Assembly (NCBI GenBank): GCA_964536985.1
Contig: CAZIBG010000001.1
Coordinates: forward strand, 1 to 47,016
Reading direction: 5' to 3'
DNA length: 47,016 nt
From: an uncultured Candidatus Saccharibacteria bacterium
GTDB taxonomy: Bacteria > Patescibacteriota > Saccharimonadia > Saccharimonadales > AWTP1-31
A program made the translations under genes and the position numbers. This document shows, one piece after another, positions 44,080 through 47,016 of the stretch. Under the pieces are notes generated by a model. That model was not told where the DNA came from and ran no database searches. It was given only the letters and a program-made list of their open reading frames with translations. How positions within the stretch are numbered: position 1 is the stretch's first letter; every line of letters begins with the position of its first letter.

Positions 44080-44811
44080 TTATCGGTACTCAGGGTTTTC
44101 GAAGTCAAAACGGCTTCCGGCGTCCCATTCTTTACGCTGGTTGCCATAGGCCGGAAACCCGCCTGCATCTTTAAGCATTCGTGCCTGATGAAGCAAATTC
44201 CATGTCATGAATGTTGTGTTTCTGTTAGTGAAGTCATTATCCAGCCCCACTCTTGTCTTGCCATCTTTGCTTTTATCACCATAACTCGGGCCAGGGCCAG
44301 CTTCGCCTATCCAACCGGCGTCAGCTTGGGGAGGAATGCTATAACCAACATGCTGCAGGCTGTAAAGAATATTCATGGCACAGTGCTTAATTCCGTCTTC
44401 GTTTCCAGTTATTAGACAGCCGCCTGTTTTGCCATAGAAGATCCATTGTCCCTTATCGTTCAGCTCACCACTCATGGCATACAGGCGTTCGATCACCTTC
44501 TTCATTTCGCTACTATTATCGCCAAGCCAAATTGGGCCAGCCAAAACAAGTATATCTGCAGCGATTATCTCTTTAAAAAGCCCTGGCCACTCGTCTGTAT
44601 CCCAACCTTTTTTGGTCATATCGGGGTAAACACCGGAGGCAATATCATGGTCAACGGCACGAATTACCTTAGTCTTAACACCTTGTTTCTTCATGATGTT
44701 TTCACTTACATCAACAAGTAGACCTGTATGGCTTTCGGCCGGTGATTTTGTGAGCGTACAGTTTATAAACACTGCTGACAGATCATTATATTTAACTTTA
44801 GTATCAGACAT
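44080..44811 (-). CDS. Flavodoxin-like fold NAD(P)H-dependent FMN reductase family protein
   Basis: The VFINCTLTKSP...ADILVLAGPIWLGDNSS pattern. ATG 44811, preceded by GGGGAG, is preferred over the ORF-track TTG at 44847. Confidence 0.7.
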   Translation of the reverse strand: MSDTKVKYNDLSAVFINCTLTKSPAESHTGLLVDVSENIMKKQGVKTKVIRAVDHDIASGVYPDMTKKGWDTDEWPGLFKEIIAADILVLAGPIWLGDNSSEMKKVIERLYAMSGELNDKGQWIFYGKTGGCLITGNEDGIKHCAMNILYSLQHVGYSIPPQADAGWIGEAGPGPSYGDKSKDGKTRVGLDNDFTNRNTTFMTWNLLHQARMLKDAGGFPAYGNQRKEWDAGSRFDFENPEYR

Positions 44812-44876
44812 AGTACTCCCCAGGTTATGGAGTAATTGTACACTCAAATAGAACTGACTCTGTGAATATTCCTACA

Positions 44877-45452
44877 CTAGCTGGTAGATTTTGGCTTTGA
44901 TGGTTTTTTGTCGAAGCGATACGATAATGCACCACGCTGCTTGTCTAGCCTATCAATAAAATCTACATACTTGTTGTACAGATTAGAATAATGACCATTA
45001 GGTGCAAGAAGTTTTAGGAGTTTTTGCTGACCCTCCAGATATTCTACGAGGCTGTAAAAGTCACCATCACCGCTGACAATCACTGCCTTGTCATAATTCT
45101 TCATTTCTTTGACCGCCCATAGCACTAATTCGGCATCGACATTGCCCTTTACTGGCTTCTTGTCTTCGGGCTTCTCGTTAGGGTCTTCTGGCTTTTGCGG
45201 GCGACTCATATCGAATGTCGGCTTGAGGACAATTAAATATCCCGCATCATGCAACTGTAAATACATTTCTTCATGCTCAGGCATATGGCCAATAAACATG
45301 AATGCCTCGGTCACGTTATACTTATCGGTCAGGAATTTGCGGAACTTCCGCCAATCCATCTTCCAGCCTAGTTTCTGGATGCCTAAATTAAGATTTTGAT
45401 TGTCTATAAAAGCATAGTTGCCTGTTTTGGGGCCAGCTTTTTTGAATTTCAT
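44877..45452 (-). CDS. NYN (LabA-like) domain protein
   Basis: YAFIDNQNLNLG, GNVDAELV and VIVSGDGDF motifs typical of PF01936. Confidence 0.75.
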   Translation of the reverse strand: MKFKKAGPKTGNYAFIDNQNLNLGIQKLGWKMDWRKFRKFLTDKYNVTEAFMFIGHMPEHEEMYLQLHDAGYLIVLKPTFDMSRPQKPEDPNEKPEDKKPVKGNVDAELVLWAVKEMKNYDKAVIVSGDGDFYSLVEYLEGQQKLLKLLAPNGHYSNLYNKYVDFIDRLDKQRGALSYRFDKKPSKPKSTS

Positions 45453-45473
45453 ATTACCTTAATGATACCACTT

Positions 45474-46472
45474 CTATTCGGTATCAGACTTTATACGTAG
45501 CGGCTTTTTGCTCTTTATCTCATAACGACGGCCTGTAATCGGCGATTCGATGTAATCCTCGTTGAGCAGATTAATGAACTTTGTTAGATCTTTCAGATTC
45601 ATTATGATAACAGCGCCGTCGGTATCGGTCATCAGGTCGACACCCATCTGCTCAGCATGGTCCATTAGGTCGGCTTGAGTTATCCCTTCGGCTTCTAGCT
45701 TCTGGAGCTTATTAATAAGCCCCTTCTGGCCTTCTACTAAGTTTTCCCAGGACAAACCAGTATCAAAGTTGAAGCTAAAGTTAGCCTGAATTTCTTGCAT
45801 CTTCTTTAGCGCCACTCCGTACTTTTTGGCGTTGTAGCCAAACAGTTGCTCAAGACGCGGTTGGCTAAATGCATAGATATCCTGGCCAAGAATCAGAAGC
45901 TGATTATCTCCTGGTAGACGTAAGCTTCCCTCTGCATCAAACGGAACGAACTTTCCATCGCGGAGCATCCACGATGATGCACCCTTCATAACCATACTGC
46001 TCGGTAGCAATTTAACAATGTAAAAAGGTTCTGGTAAATCCTTGTGTCGGCAGCGTGCTAGTATACCTTTTACGCGCTTAAGGTCATGTTCTTCCTCGAC
46101 GAAAACCTCTATTTCATGTTCCTGCGTTTTGACCCAGTTTAGTAGTTCCTGCGCCTTATGGACGTTGCTGAGCTTTGTGCGCTGGAGCACATGCTCCTCT
46201 GCTTCGCCCTCTTCGAAATCACGTACCACTAAGCCTTCTGCGGCACCTTGCAACACATGCTCCAGTAGGCCGTCGATCAAAAGCGGTTGGAAAGATCGAG
46301 TCAATTCCTTACTCACTTTTGTTCGGTACATTACGTAATTTTTGTTGAATAAGAACAGGTCAATTTCGAGCTCTTCCTTGATGGGGACTAAATTGTTAGC
46401 CCATAAAAACACATCGCTTCGCTCGGTATCTTTTGGTTCATCTGCAATTGCAGCAATGGCATCTTCGTTCAT
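45474..46472 (-). CDS. Hypothetical protein (332 aa); tentatively DUF4868/KwaB-like, unverified
   Basis: ORF track. The size and general pattern (acidic N-terminus; central ...FYIVKLLPSSMV...DGKFVPF...LLILGQDIYAFSQPRLEQLFGY...) recall DUF4868. This rests on recollection only. Confidence 0.5.
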   Translation of the reverse strand: MNEDAIAAIADEPKDTERSDVFLWANNLVPIKEELEIDLFLFNKNYVMYRTKVSKELTRSFQPLLIDGLLEHVLQGAAEGLVVRDFEEGEAEEHVLQRTKLSNVHKAQELLNWVKTQEHEIEVFVEEEHDLKRVKGILARCRHKDLPEPFYIVKLLPSSMVMKGASSWMLRDGKFVPFDAEGSLRLPGDNQLLILGQDIYAFSQPRLEQLFGYNAKKYGVALKKMQEIQANFSFNFDTGLSWENLVEGQKGLINKLQKLEAEGITQADLMDHAEQMGVDLMTDTDGAVIIMNLKDLTKFINLLNEDYIESPITGRRYEIKSKKPLRIKSDTE

Positions 46473-46560
46473 ATTCCCTCTTGTTTATCGATTTAAGTAC
46501 GGCATATTACTGATCTATTCTACCGTAAGTACAATGCAAATAATGCTGTAAAATTGGAGG

Positions 46561-46980
46561 CTAGATTGTGTGACCAGCACGAGCTTTGTTCGCCCACTCG
46601 TCTGCCATCTCGTTGAACTCATCGTTATTGTGAGCACGCACCCAGATTAGCTTGGCCTGTGATTTTCTATAGAGTTCACATACTTCTTTAACAAGATCTA
46701 TGTTCTTTATCTCGCCACCCTTTTTCTTCCAGCCGTTTTTTTCCCAAGCCAGCGACCACTCGGTAATTACCTTAATCCAGAATTCACTATCGGAATGGAT
46801 CTCGCACGGCTGTCCATCAGCATCTTTAAGTGCCGCTATAAATGCGCCACCTTCCATTCGAATATTTGTAGAGTCCGCCTCCTGCCCTAAGATATGTGGT
46901 TTTCCATTTTTTATAACAGAGAATCCGCCAGGACCTGGATTAGGACTGCAACTTCCGTCGGTATAGTAAATAATCATCAT
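46561..46980 (-). CDS. rnhA: Ribonuclease HI
   Basis: IYYTDGSCSPNPGPGG, MEGGAF, HSDSEF and WVRAHNNDEFNEMADEWA cover the DEDD catalytic pattern. Confidence 0.9.
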   Translation of the reverse strand: MMIIYYTDGSCSPNPGPGGFSVIKNGKPHILGQEADSTNIRMEGGAFIAALKDADGQPCEIHSDSEFWIKVITEWSLAWEKNGWKKKGGEIKNIDLVKEVCELYRKSQAKLIWVRAHNNDEFNEMADEWANKARAGHTI

Positions 46981-47016
46981 AAACCTCGTTTTTTTCTTTC
47001 AAGTACATCATACCCT

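Noticed and set aside
1-47016. A search by eye for CRISPR arrays, rRNA genes, a reverse transcriptase/DGR and invertible promoter segments.
   Set aside because: No regularly spaced short direct repeats, rRNA-like sequence or RT ORF was seen. All array genes and promoters are co-oriented, with no flanking inverted repeats, so inversion-type switching is not supported. The homopolymer tracts are the only switch-like feature.

Overview
This 47-kb window looks like a segment of a small, compact Patescibacteria/CPR chromosome, probably Saccharibacteria-like. That assignment is an inference from gene content, tight gene spacing and roughly mid-40s %GC; no database search was possible. The window has two parts. 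(A) Positions 1..20.6 kb are an accessory island bounded on the right by a large serine recombinase whose 3' end overlaps a tRNA-Glu(CUC) gene. The island carries a minus-strand tandem array of seven complete paralogous or analogous secreted proteins, plus the promoter of an eighth gene left of the window. Each has a signal peptide, a variable parallel beta-helix core, a choice-of-anchor-Q-like C-terminal module and an (A/L)(P/A)xTG sorting signal. Interspersed are two class-F-like sortases, three copies of a small acidic protein of unknown function, a DUF3800 gene, a leaderless PD-(D/E)xK-like ORF, an IS30 element and a replication-relaxation-like gene. The main observation is that every surface-protein gene is preceded by the same sigma70-like promoter (TTGCnn ... 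TA[G/C]A[A/C]T). A homopolymeric G tract (C on the + strand) of 8, 9 or 10 nt fills the -35/-10 spacer and sets it to 17, 18 or 19 nt; in one copy the tract is interrupted. This is the architecture of slipped-strand promoter phase variation, combined with a recombination-prone multigene family. (B) Positions 20.6..47 kb are mostly core genes: a histidine kinase and a REC protein with a Pro/Ala-rich tail, a pseudouridine synthase, der, pth, dprA, topA, a sigma-region-4/HARE-HTH protein, a compact dcw cluster (mraZ-rsmH-ftsL-ftsI-ftsW-murG-ftsQ), a GH1 glycosidase, a flavodoxin-like reductase and an NYN / unknown / RNase HI trio. Several non-coding oddities are flagged: a roughly 285-nt structured RNA candidate, a small promoter-hairpin-T-tract unit, GTGGGTA operator-like repeats plus DnaA-box 9-mers upstream of mraZ, and a 16-bp direct repeat bracketing a gene-free 550-bp segment. 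No rRNA genes or CRISPR arrays were seen.
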